DNA of 62,168 nucleotides, filler included, from Basidiobolus ranarum (Eukaryota): NCBI GenBank assembly GCA_040143965.1. It is 14 parts of 14 records of this genome, joined end to end, with 100 filler letters (N's around TTAATTAATTAA, not from the genome) between each part and the next. Parts side by side here need not be neighbours in the genome. Positions count along the whole stretch, not along the records: positions 1 to 4,360 come from JASJQH010008865.1; positions 4,461 to 8,819 come from JASJQH010008866.1; positions 8,920 to 13,277 come from JASJQH010008867.1; 11 more parts are not named here. One strand, 5' to 3'. Shown piece by piece: positions 1 to 11,359 of this stretch (position 1 is its first letter; each line of letters starts with the position of its first letter). The notes under the pieces were generated by a model. It saw only the letters and a program-made list of their open reading frames with translations, ran no database searches and was not told where the DNA came from. The position numbers and the translations under genes were made by a program.

Positions 1-650
1 GCATTTTTCAAAATTCACCCACCATAATTTTAAAGGATTAGCAAAGTTGTATTTCTATAGCTAAAAATCCCATATTTCATGCTAGAAGTAAGCATATTGA
101 TATTCAACATCTCTTTGTTAGGGAAGCTATTGAGAAAAAGCACATCCAACTGGAATACTATCCAACTGAGGACATGATTGCTGACATCCTTACCAAACCA
201 TTACCCAAGCCAAAATTTGAAGAATTAAGATTTAAGTTAGGATTAAGATATATGAATATTTAGTTGAGTTGGAGTAAAGAAGTTTATTGTCTTTGTCATA
301 TTTGTTATCTCTATCTTTATACACCTAACTATTTCATATATCACATGTAAGTTAGTTCACATTACTTAGTCAAATATCAATTAACTGAAAATCTAAACAT
401 ATATTATATATATATGTGAATAATGTGGAATTAGCAAATTCATATTGGAATTTTCAAACTCATCCAAATTGCCCCAAAGATAGCTCATTCTACTCCCACA
501 GTTGTGCTGAGCACAACCCCAGTGTTAGTTTTCTGTATTTACACCAAGATGTACAAGTGCTTTATTCCTAGACAATAAATATTGTCTCACAAAGCTATTC
601 ACAACTCTGCTTGTCTAAAGTTCCTACAAACAGCCCATATTTTCCCAATA
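1..650 (+). mobile_element. Ty1/Copia retrotransposon 3' end (RNase H C-terminus, PPT, family A 3' LTR at 275-650)
   Basis: 60-263 reads AKNPIFHARSKHIDIQHLFVRE...TEDMIADILTKPLPKPKFEELRFKLGL*. It is followed by a purine tract and a ~376-bp LTR homologous to 2871-3248 and 59691-60068. Confidence 0.92.
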
Positions 651-1739
651 AAATCTGCCTTGCTCAACCAGTTCCCATATGGACTTTGAGAAAATATTAA
701 CAATCTTTTACTCACTATGGCTGACCCAGTGACCTTGACTGATGCTATCCATTGGGCAGGTAAATGTGACAACCAGTTGTTTGAAAGACAACAGCAAAGA
801 AAGATGGCTCCTTTCTACTCTCCTTCCTCATCTATTTTTAGATCTCCCTTCCATCAAACACAGAATACAGCTCAAGCAGATGACCCAATGCAAATTAATG
901 GAATGTGATTCAGAAAGCTTGGCCCTGAGAAGAAATATCAGTACCAACAAGAGAATCTATGACTCTATTGTGGAGCTCCTAGACATATAGCCAGAACCTG
1001 TTCAAAACAGAATTCTGGACTTAAGATCAATAATATGAAAGTAGATGAGAACTCTTCCCAACCATTGGAAAATTTCATCACCCAGCTGCAATAATAGGCA
1101 TGCAGTTGGGCCAATATTCTTCAAAAATGTTTATTCACCATACATTGCAATCTCTGCAGTCATACCAATCATCAAAGCTGCCCATTATCCTCTTGCTACC
1201 AAACTCTAAGTCAATTAAACAACTGCACTTCTTGATCCAGGTGCATTGTACTGTTTTAATGGCCCAGCCTTTGTTAAATCCCACTTTATCCCAACCATCA
1301 AGAAATATACACCAGTCCTTGTTGAAGTAACTGATGGAAGGCAGCTATCATTGGGTGCTGTAGCATATGAGACACCTGTATGACACTCATCTACACTACT
1401 CACTAAGAAGAAATAACATTCAATATCATTTCTTCACCTCACCACCCTATCATCCTTAGTATCTCATGGCTCATGCAGCACAACCCAGAAATCCACTGGC
1501 AGAAGAGCATTATCACATTCAAGCAAGTTCCACCTCCTAGTCCATATTTGCCAACCAGGAAAGTATTCAACTCATCATCAGCCCAAATCCTGAAAACATC
1601 TATAAAGCCAATATCCATTGACAGTGTTGGTGTAGACCTGAAACCAACAAAGCCTATGGTTCATAAATACCCACCCTAATACTTAGCCTTTGCTGATGTG
1701 TTTGACAAGAAGAAATCCAATATACTCCCAGCTTGCCAC
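651..1739 (+). mobile_element. Degenerate Ty3/Gypsy gag-protease remnant
   Basis: Gag-like LLNQF.YGL*ENINNLLLTMADPVTLTDAI...CDNQLFERQ, PMQI motif, zinc knuckle LYCGAPRHIARTC, protease LLDPGA, PIIL..SWL.QHNPEIHW and FADVFDKKK. Multiple stops and frameshifts. Confidence 0.85.
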
Positions 1740-2785
1740 TGTAGTTGTTTTAGGATGTGAGCATCAACTATAACTGCAATATCCTAAGGGTTTTGTGAGG
1801 TATTCAAAGGGTGTGGTAACCATGGTTGAAAAACTCTGGGATGTACTGTCATATGAGTCTGTCTTTTGCCTCTTGGGTCTTTGTGAAATGGGATCAAGCC
1901 TCTAGCAATGTCTAAAGACTGATAAACCACAATGCCATGTCTAGTTTTCTGTTGAACAATATGCTGGAGCCTGACAAAAGAATATAGTGGCTTCAGCATC
2001 CTTTGAGAATGATCAGAAAAAAAGGGTATATACAATCAAAAACAGCTGTAAACTCAGCGAGCAGGGTCTTGAACAAGGATGCACTAGTAGTGATTTATCC
2101 AAGGATATGAACAGTTCCTTGCGTATGCAGACAAAGCTAGGGAAAAAAAAAGTATCAGAAGTATAACACCTACCTGTCAGTACTTCCTTAGCCAGTCAAG
2201 TCCTTTCTAGCCACACAGCAGCCTGTAACTGCCTCTAGTAGTCTCTCTTGAGCTTCCTCTTCAAAGATCTTGTAAGTGGTGATGAATATAAGGGATGATC
2301 ACAAGTAGTAATTAGTAGTTGAAGACTATGATGGCTTTTATTTGAAAAGATATGGTTCCTATTAATACTTTTCTGATGGTAGAAATGATTACTAATGGGA
2401 ATTTCCAGAAAGTTCCAGAGAATTCTATTGGTGGGGATCTGGGGTTATGATATCACAATAAATCATAAGATTGGTAATTCATGGAATGTTCCGGCAAAAT
2501 CAGGTTTTGATTGGTCAAAACTAAATCAATCATCATATATTCCAAGAATCTTATGGAAGATTTTGGAAGATTATAAAATTTTCCAGAAAATAATAGGGCT
2601 AATGTTGGTTAATACTGACATATCTGAAATAATGGAGGATAATACTAATGGTGTGATATGATTGGCTAGAAAATATGGGTAAGTCAAATATGGATAATAA
2701 AATCAAAATTGTGCAATAGTTATGATTTGAGCTTGGAGTGGAAATAAGTCAACCTACCAATGGGTAGCCATGCTGCCCCACTACA
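1740..2785. mobile_element. Putative ~1.05-kb solo LTR (TGTAGT...ACTACA)
   Basis: 6-bp inverted termini with near-identical 5-bp flanks GCCAC/TCCAC. It abuts the Gypsy remnant. Confidence 0.6.
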
Positions 2786-2870
2786 TCCACCCCCTCTGAA
2801 TTTTGAGGGCAAGTGAAAAACCAAACTCAGCAGGTTGAGTTGTTTCCTCTAGTCTAAATAACTTCAGTCG

Positions 2871-4360
2871 TGTTAAAGCTTTTTGTCTTTATCATATTTG
2901 TTATTTCTATCTTTATACATCTAACTATTTCATATATCACATATAAGTTATTTATCATTACTTAGTCAAATATCAATTGACTGAAAATTGGAACATATAT
3001 TATATATATGTGTGAATAATGTGAGAATTAGTAATCCCATGTTGGAAATTTCAAACTTTTCCAAATTGCCCCAAAGATAGCTCCTTTGCCTCCCACAGGT
3101 GTTCTGAACATAATCCCAGTGTTGGTTTTCTGTATATCCACCCAAAACTATTAATGCTTTATTTCTGGACAATATGTAATTATCTCACAAAGCAATTCAC
3201 AACTCCACTTTTCTAAAGTTCCTTCAAACAGCCCATATTATCCCAATAGGTAATGAGCCCTGTGTTCTAACCTTTACAGCAAGACAGAAACCACTGCTAC
3301 CACTTTTATTAACTCAAGTGTTGAAAAGCTTGATGGAGAAAATTACAATTTTGGGAAGTTTAAGATGCAATCATGCTGGAAGACAGGAAACTCTGGGATG
3401 TAGTCTCTGGTGATCAAAAGGAACCTTCTGACCCTTCTTTATTGGAAGTGTACAAGAAAACAGATAAGAAGGCCTTTAATGTCATTTGTCAAAGTTTGAA
3501 GGATTCACAACTTGTGAATATTCAATATGCCAAGACTTCCCATCAAGCTTGGACTATATTGGAAGAGTGTTATGAAGCAAAGAGTCTTGCTAACAGACTC
3601 TTTCTCAGATTGGGGGCATTGCTGGCAACATGCATTTGACACTGAAAAATTTGCTATATGTGCCTGGGATTGCAAAAAACATGTTATCAGTGTGTAAAGC
3701 TACATCTGAGGGATATAGCTTTAACTTTGATCAAAATGGCAGTACAATCAGGGATCAAAAAGGGAGTTACAAAGCTTCTGGAGCTAGATGAAGGTTGTCT
3801 ATTTGGCAGGCAACACACACAGCCGTTTGTGGGCTCTGGAGTGAGTAAAATTGATCAAAAATTGGGCCCGATACACTCAGATCTGTGTGGCCCAATGCAG
3901 ACAAAATCCTTAGGCAGAAAAAGGAATTTTATGACCTTTATTGATGATAAGACCAAGAATACTTGGGTGTACTTTCTGGCCAGTAAGGATGCAGCCTTTG
4001 ATTCCTTCAAGAAGTTCGAAGCAATGGTGGAGACTGAAACAGGTTTAAAGATTAACATTATTTGTACTGATAATGGATGGGAATATACCTCAAAACTCTT
4101 CTCTAACTTCTGCTCAACACATGGGATAAAATAGCACACTACAGTGCCATATTCTCCACAGCAGAATGGAGTAGCAGAAAGTGCAAACAGATCAATAATG
4201 AAAACAACAAGATCAATGCTTCATCATCCAGATTTACCAAAACAGTTCTGGGCTGAATTGGTTGCAACTGCAGTTTATATTAGGAATAGATGTTTTCTAG
4301 GTCTCTATTGGCTATGACACCTTATCAAGCTTGGTTTGGAACTAAACCTGATGTGGCTAA
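2871..4360 (+). mobile_element. Ty1/Copia element 5' part: family A LTR 2871-3248, PBS 3249-3262, internally deleted gag/protease/integrase
   Basis: 378-bp LTR followed by GGTAATGAGCCCTG. Gag EKLDGENY..KFKM / LEDRKLWDVVSG. Integrase IHSDLCGPM, FIDDKT, TDNG.EY, PQQNGVAE. Truncated by the contig end. Confidence 0.93.
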
Positions 4361-4460
4361 NNNNNNNNNNNNNNNNNNNNNNNNNNNNNNNNNNNNNNNN
4401 NNNNTTAATTAATTAANNNNNNNNNNNNNNNNNNNNNNNNNNNNNNNNNNNNNNNNNNNN
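4361..4460. other. Artificial contig spacer (first of 13; others start at 8820, 13278, 17734, 22184, 26634, 31082, 35529, 39974, 44416, 48855, 53294, 57732)
   Basis: Identical N44-TTAATTAATTAA-N44 blocks with stops in all six frames. The segments between them decrease in length. Confidence 0.98.
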
Positions 4461-4461
4461 A

Positions 4462-4716
4462 GCATTTGGCTTAGATTCTGATTCTAAAATCATTGACCAA
4501 GTAGTCGAGATTGCTGAGAAAAGACAAGTTTCTCCCGCTAGAGTTGCACTTGCTTGGATGTGGACGAAACCTGCAATAGCTGCGCCTATTATTGGGGCGG
4601 GCAAGGTGGAGAATTTGGAGGACTTGGTAGCCTCACTTGATTTGGAGTTAACTGATGAAGAAGTTAAACACCTTGAGGAATCTTATATTCCCAAACCCAT
4701 CGCTGGCCACACATAA
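4462..4716 (+). CDS. Aldo-keto reductase, C-terminal fragment (5' truncated)
   Basis: Reads IIDQVVEIAEKRQVSPARVALAWMWTKPAIAAPIIGAGKVENLEDLVASLDLELTDEEVKHLEESYIPKPIAGHT*, a typical AKR C-terminus. Confidence 0.9.
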   Translation, partial: AFGLDSDSKIIDQVVEIAEKRQVSPARVALAWMWTKPAIAAPIIGAGKVENLEDLVASLDLELTDEEVKHLEESYIPKPIAGHT

Positions 4717-5555
4717 TTCCCTCTAGAGTGTATAATATTTGAATATTCTTGTTAGAAATCGATGAGAAATACGATTTATGCTCTAGTCAATAAATATGTT
4801 TCTCGTATCTCTTGACTGCAGTTATTATTAAGTATTATGCTCTCAATGGGTTTCGGAAGTTCGAATGTAAGCTGTGTATTGTTGGGGTTCCTGAATGTAT
4901 CATGTGGGTAAATAGGCTTTCGGATGGAGTAAGCTGGGTTGAGTGATTTCATGGAGTTGCTTTTGTGGCTTAGGGTGTATGCTAGTAAGAAATATTATTC
5001 AGGGTTAGTCTGCCTTCGTACTGTTATTTAAGTAAAATCGTTTTATATATTGTAATTTAGTACTAATTAAGATTTAATCGGCTATGATTAATCACTCTTA
5101 TTCTTACCAACTTCAGATATCAAGTACTGGGTAATTGACTTCACCGAGTATCATCTTCATAAACGACGTAACTTACAGCCTATCGAAATCAGTAACTGAA
5201 GTGATCAACCTGCGAACTTGGTAAGAATATGCCATATTTCAAAAGGATCGGGCTGGCAATCACGAACTGGTCAAACAAATATACATAACCCATTTTTACG
5301 TCATTTCGCACTCTCAAATACTACTCACAGTATATCTAACCAATCTCCACAATTGAATAAATGAATTCAAAAATAACTGAATCATGGCTAACTAATCTAC
5401 AAAAGGGTTGAAGCTAGATAGCACGTAGGCGTAATTAAGAACCACTATACTCTTGGCTATTTGAGGAGATACGAAAAATATATCAACCATAGTTGTATAG
5501 AAGCAGCTTAGGGAGATACCATGTAAACAACAATTCCACAGTATTGAATACAATT

Positions 5556-6278
5556 ATGCACATCCAGATTACTTCATTGACTCTTTTGGCTCTCACCAAA
5601 CTAGCAATAGCTCAAGAAGCAGCGTCCTCTACTTTGGCCACGATTGATCCAGCTTGGGTTAATAGATATGACCTTTCAAGCGTTCCAGACGTTGCACCTA
5701 GACCAGTAGGGTCTGGTACCTGCCCAACCTCCCGATGTGGTCCGGGAGACTGCGAGAATTGTTGGGAAACTTGTGGAAATTGTGCTTTACCTGACGAGAT
5801 CTATGGCTGTCAAGCTGGCCAGTGGGCCCTAACATTTGATGATGGGCCATCTCAATATACTGCTCAATTACTTGATATCCTAGCTGCTGCAAATGTCAAA
5901 GCTACAATGATTGGCACAAATGCGATTCAATTTCCTGATGTGGTTAAAAGGGCTTATGATGAAGGTCATCAGATTGCCTCTCACACATGGTCTCACCCTC
6001 ATTTGATGTCACTTTCGAACAAGCAGATTGTCGCTGAAGTAAAAGCTACGGAGGATGCCCTCTTTAATATAACTTGAGCAAGACCTGCTTATATTCGTCC
6101 ACCCTATGGTGAGGCTGACGATCGCGTCAAGGCTATCTTCAAAGCAATGGGATACCATACTCTTTGATGTAACATGGATACTTTGGATTGGGATATTTCA
6201 GAGAAGAATGAAGATGCTAGTCTCATTCTCAACTCTTTCAAGACAGCATTAACCAAGGGTACTGATCTAATGAGATAA
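5556..6278 (+). pseudogene. Secreted CE4 polysaccharide/chitin deacetylase pseudogene
   Basis: Signal peptide, Cys-rich N-region, TFDDGP, HTWSHP, RPPYG and DTLDW motifs. Defects: in-frame TGA at 6075 and ~6165, FF missing from KATFF, and no C-terminal LxH motif. Confidence 0.85.
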
Positions 6279-6892
6279 AGTATATGGATAGTTTATATCA
6301 ATCCGCGGGATATAAAATTGAAGTCACTCTATCTAAAGTCTTGACAATGGGCTAGCCAATGTCCCACCCGCACCATCTGATCCAGAAAGTCTACATTACA
6401 TATATATACAATGGATCTATTCCTATTCATACCATGTTTCCCACTAAACACTCTCTATACAGCATCGGAAATACGTTGTATTACTGTCATATTAAGTATG
6501 ATTATGATTTAATTTTATTGCAATTGTTAGGAACTTACTATTCCACTATTTCACCTTATTGGAACTATTGGTTTAAACTACATAGAGCTCGCACCACTCA
6601 TCTCTCTAGAGTATAATTTTAATGGGATAGAATAGCTAAGGCATACAGTCAAGGGTTGATATGTGATGTACCTAGACCTCTCGAAGCTGATTATAGAACA
6701 AAAGGAGGCAACAGCAAGTATGAGAAATATGAATATTTAGATAGAATAATTTCCTAAATCACCATGCTCAAAATTGACTTAGTATTCTTATGAAGTTTTG
6801 GAAAAAGCTTTAGGGTTCTTATCTGAGTTAGTAGCATTTTAAACTGATATATATATCACTTAAATACTGCCAAGTGGGGACAATATATATAC

Positions 6893-7245
6893 TTCAAACA
6901 AATCAAAACTTCTCTTTTTGTCAGTCACCATATCCATTTCCGCCCTTACCATTATCTCCTTTATCACCGCTACCATCTCCACATTTTCCAGTATTTCAAG
7001 TCCCAACTCCATTATCTTCTCCGTTGTCAGCATCGCCATTACCACCACCATTGCGATTTTCACTCCTCTTGGCATTGTAAGCGCCAGCTTCATCACTGTT
7101 AGCTGGTCAAGGAAATCTGAGATGGGGCGATGTGTAAGTAGCGAAAAAGTGTACTCTTTGCCAAGTGCGTACTCTTCTGCTTGCATTAGGATATACATAT
7201 GTGCACTTGCTAGTAGTAGAATCATAGGCAAACAAATTATCGGCT
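6893..7245 (-). pseudogene. Gly/Asn/Asp-rich low-complexity coding remnant
   Basis: One minus frame reads NAKRSENRNGGGNGDADNGEDNGVGT*NTGKCGDGSGDKGDNGKGGNGYGD*QKEKF*. No intact start. Confidence 0.35.
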
Positions 7246-7335
7246 CATAAAAATATGGTGTGATGAATATGACAACAATTCATTATCAGAGTTGAAACAT
7301 CAATTTTTATTCTCAGAATGTTTCAATATTGATAA

Positions 7336-7995
7336 TTACAAAACACAGTGTTTTGTTCCAGCGTTGGCAGTCTGTCTCTTACATTCAGAAGTGACAATAG
7401 CCACTGGATCAACAGATCTACAGACATATCTTTGAGCATTTACATTCTGTCGTTTACATTCCTTACGGATAAGTGCTGCGATACCATCGCGTGTTACACT
7501 TGTACGACGCGAATATCCATTGTTTGGGTGGAAAGTGGTTAGCAGAGTGTCGATGTCACTTTTCTCTTGGTTAAACACCTTTACAGCGGCATCACAAGAA
7601 GCATACCTCTCACCGTTGGGAATCAGAGTACATTGACCAGAGCTACCATTCAAAGCTTTGGCATTTCGATTGAAAATAGCAGCAGTGGTAGCGATTAAAG
7701 CACAGGATTTCCCTTGACTAGAGCCACAAGAACCAGTGCCCAACAGAGTTACAGCATTGTTACAGGTAGCAGTAGTCATGTCCCAGCAAACGGCATGAAC
7801 CTCTTGATTATCGTTATGATACTGAGTCAGTAGGGCCCCGATTCCAAAGAAAGAGGCCATACCAGTGGCAACACCAGTCAAGAGATTAACTCCAGCCTGA
7901 GTAGCCATAAAGGCTTCAGCAAAGTAAGGAAGGCTTAGTTGAGCAGAGAGAACCGTCGAGACAAACGAAGCAAAGAGAAAATATTTGAGAAACAT
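7336..7995 (-). CDS. Orphan secreted cysteine-rich protein (219 aa)
   Basis: Intronless intact ORF with signal-like MFLKYFLFASFVSTVLSA, 10 Cys and a duplicated ECKRQ module at the C-terminus. Confidence 0.8.
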   Translation of the reverse strand: MFLKYFLFASFVSTVLSAQLSLPYFAEAFMATQAGVNLLTGVATGMASFFGIGALLTQYHNDNQEVHAVCWDMTTATCNNAVTLLGTGSCGSSQGKSCALIATTAAIFNRNAKALNGSSGQCTLIPNGERYASCDAAVKVFNQEKSDIDTLLTTFHPNNGYSRRTSVTRDGIAALIRKECKRQNVNAQRYVCRSVDPVAIVTSECKRQTANAGTKHCVL

Positions 7996-8682
7996 CTTTG
8001 AGCAAATATTATGTAGCCAGCTTCTCTTTTATGCACTGTAGCCTTCAATTCAGAGAAGTCACTGGATATCTCGTTATGACCATGTATTGTGTTCTGATGG
8101 TACATGTACTACCGGATTTATTAATCCTTAAGCTGAGGAAAAGATTCTACGCTATTATATTTATTAATCTCGAAGATAAATCAAGTAACAAACATTGACT
8201 TGACTTGCTCTGATCATTACCTTACTCTATGCACATTATCTACCATAATCTTTGTCCAATACAGTTTTAGCAAACACCTACCCAAACACGTTAAATTATT
8301 ATTTCTAAAGATTGACCAGAGTTACTCAGGCCAAAGAAAAAAGGAATTGTTAGCGTGCATATTGTACAGAATATATAAGGGTAGCACATATCTACTATTG
8401 TCTCAAACTCGGTTCTCAATCTGTCCATCTTTCCTATATCTGGTACGTTTCCCCATGTTAAGTTAAACCAAGCCATCTAGCAATTCCTTCAATATTCATA
8501 TAGTGCCGATCAAGTCACAAAACAACACTGATGGCCCTCAAGTACTATGGCTAGAACTAGATTCTGGTTAGGACTATGATGGTATCGGCTCTTAAGTAGG
8601 TATCGTTTATGGTCATCAATCCCCAAACTTTCATTCTTGATTAATGAAAAGCTCTTGAGTAAATCAGAAAATGTCTTATCCT

Positions 8683-8754
8683 GCAACAAATACAGATTTA
8701 GCAACGAATACAGATTTAGCAACGAATACAGATTTAGCAACGAATACAGATTTA
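8683..8754. repeat. 18-bp tandem repeat x4 (GCAACGAATACAGATTTA)
   Basis: Three perfect copies plus one with a single mismatch, with no spacers. Confidence 0.95.
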
Positions 8755-8919
8755 GATTCCACAAGTTATTCAAATGAAATTTCGCAGTTGTGGATGTTAT
8801 TTGAAGTGTTACTTTGTTGNNNNNNNNNNNNNNNNNNNNNNNNNNNNNNNNNNNNNNNNNNNNTTAATTAATTAANNNNNNNNNNNNNNNNNNNNNNNNN
8901 NNNNNNNNNNNNNNNNNNN

Positions 8920-10982
8920 GTGTTTGACTGTTGTGGCTTCTTCAAGCTCAGCAAGAGCTTCACTATCTCTCTCAAACACCTGTTGTCTTGGTCTTGTGGG
9001 GGTACACATTGTAATGGATTGCTGTCTTAGTAGATTGCTCTCAGGTGTCAGATGTTCCTCCAACATAGTGGAAGGATCAATAATTCTTGCAGTTGGCCTT
9101 TGTTGATGTTATGTGATAGTAAGCATGAAACCGGTATGTCTTTCTGGTGGCATGCTCCTAGGAGCTGACTGTTCTCCAGATGTCAAAAGCTCACTGGTTG
9201 GTTTGGTTAAGTCAGGTAAATCATGTGCTATGATGCATGAAACTATGGGCCATCCTGTTTCTGGTTCTTCATTGACTACTTGTACTTCATCAAAAATGGG
9301 AGAAACATCACGGACTCTTCCAAGCTGGCATTGCTATCAATGTGTACTACTAACTGATGAACCAACTTGTTGTGCTCTTGCCCTTGTTGGAGGTGTTACC
9401 TCAATTTTAGTGATGCGTTGTGTAGATTCTTCTTGTGAAATAGATACCTTGTCAGGAGTCTCTTTCATTTGGAGGCATCTAGTATGTGTCTGCAATGGTC
9501 TAGATTGCTCCAATTCACCTTGGGGAATATCTTCTCATTCAATAAGTAGTCTTGCTTTTCTCTTTACATCTCTGTTGATTAGTCATGCCATAGTGTCCTG
9601 AAATGTTGTTTTGAACTCTGCAACCTCCATCAACAGTTGCTACAAAGTCTCATTGAGCAGTAGTAGATATCTATTTAGAACATCTTTTGTCTCTGAGGTT
9701 GAGGCTGCAACATTTGCTTCCGGCCCATACAAGCAAAAATGCAATTGTAATCATGTCCTTGCGGACTCAAAATCAAAATTCCTGTTTCTCTATTCATGCT
9801 TTCTATCCTCATGAGTTTTGTTGTATATTTTCTTGCAGACTTCTGAAGGCATGGAGATACGGTATTCTCTTGAAAGCAGAGTTGAAAGTTGCTTCCATTT
9901 TTGTCTAATGCCTCCTGCCCAGGCTTCTGTCAAGTTTATCAATAACTACCATATATCCAAGCAAGAATTCATAGTGAATCCCTGGCCATCTGTAAAATCA
10001 TTAGGCACACACTGCTTTACACCACCCACACCTTCATTCAACTGCATGCGCAAAATTTGGAAGTGGTGGTTTCCTGTACCAAAGTAGGTTGTGAATCAGG
10101 AAGAATCTGTTTGGACATGATATGTAACTACCATATATAACTATGATGTTAGACTTTATTAGTTTCAATCAGAATTAGGGATCTTGTTATATTATTGATT
10201 AAAATGTCAAAGTTAATTTCCTATAGTGTGAGCAAGCACAATGCATTCCACTTTGGGCCATTTTGATATGTATGCCAAATCAATTGATTTGGATCAAAAT
10301 ATGATTAACTTTGCTGATGCAGTTTATTATATAATTTCCATGTAATTACACATAATTGAAATAATTAGGATAATAAATGCAAACAGAAATTTCATTATAC
10401 AGAATGTAGGGAATTTTACCATGGCAACTGTTATTCTTGGATAAATAACTTATGCATGCCAGATCAATCAGTATTGTGCCAGCTCAATACAAGATTAACA
10501 TGATGCTCTCCATCTACTTCAAATGATCATTCCTCATTAATCCAAAAGCAACTAATGGCTTTCCTATCACCACCCTAGAAGCTATATTTGAGAAATAATA
10601 TGGCTCATATACTCCAATACCTACCAGAAAGCATCCAAGTTCAAGTGAATTGTTCAAATTTTGATCTAAGATTTAGCCTAGTAGACAGACATTTGGTCTC
10701 ATATACTACAAAAACTATTGTCCAATCAGATTTGAGTGCACTTTAATGGTAGCAAAATTGGGAGAAGCTTCCATACCAAGCTTCCAGTTAGTGAGAACTA
10801 TCTAGCATCAGTGATGAATGATGTTCAAGATGCCTGGGACAAAAGAATTAGTGACTCCAATTCCCTTCCATTTCCTGGAATATTTCCCAATGGAGTTCAT
10901 ATCAGAAGTATTCTTGACAAATTTTCAGTCAGAATTAACAGGCCCAAAAGCAACCAAAAGCTATTCTATTCTGGCAAGCCAG
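8920..10982. mobile_element. Degenerate PIF/Harbinger-like DNA transposon, copy 1 (accessory ORF on minus 8920-10118; DDE transposase fragment on plus ~10500-10982)
   Basis: Homologous in reverse orientation to ~58400-61450. Plus-strand ILDKFSVRINRPKSNQKLFYSGK resembles the first-Asp region of DDE_Tnp_4 transposases. Confidence 0.65.
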
Positions 10983-11359
10983 GTGATATAGATTCCCAAT
11001 TCTTGTTCCAGTAGCTACTATCAAGTTCTTTGATTTGTATATGGTTGCTTTTCCTTGGCTGAGTTTGACATCATACTGTTTCTTGCATTTTTATTATCTT
11101 TATAGATTTGCTAACTTTGCATCTTTTGGTATTCAAATTAGGGCCTTGGGAGCCATGCTGTGTGATACTATATCTACTCTGCTGAGTGCTACCATTGCCA
11201 GCATGTTGTTTTGTTAGATTTTCCCAATCATCAATACTCACTTAACACTAAACCCACAACCTTGTAAAAAGCTTACTGATTAATCCTCACTTCCATTTTA
11301 TTGAGAAATAAAAATTAAAAACCATCATGAAAAGGGGTTATGTACTCAACAAGAGATAG

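Noticed and set aside
6271..6600. Solo LTR (TGAG...CTCA) truncating the deacetylase
   Set aside because: The flanks TCTAA/TCTCT are not a convincing TSD, the gene does not resume afterwards, and there is no second copy in the window.
6075..7000. TGA reassignment to Gly or Trp suggested by in-frame TGAs
   Set aside because: The TGAs fall at expected Gly, Leu, Trp and Arg positions alike and co-occur with deletions. Apparently normal genes end in TGA (16234, 44061, 48503). This fits pseudogenisation.
8683..8754. CRISPR-like array
   Set aside because: The repeats are contiguous with no spacers, there are no cas genes, and the context is eukaryotic.
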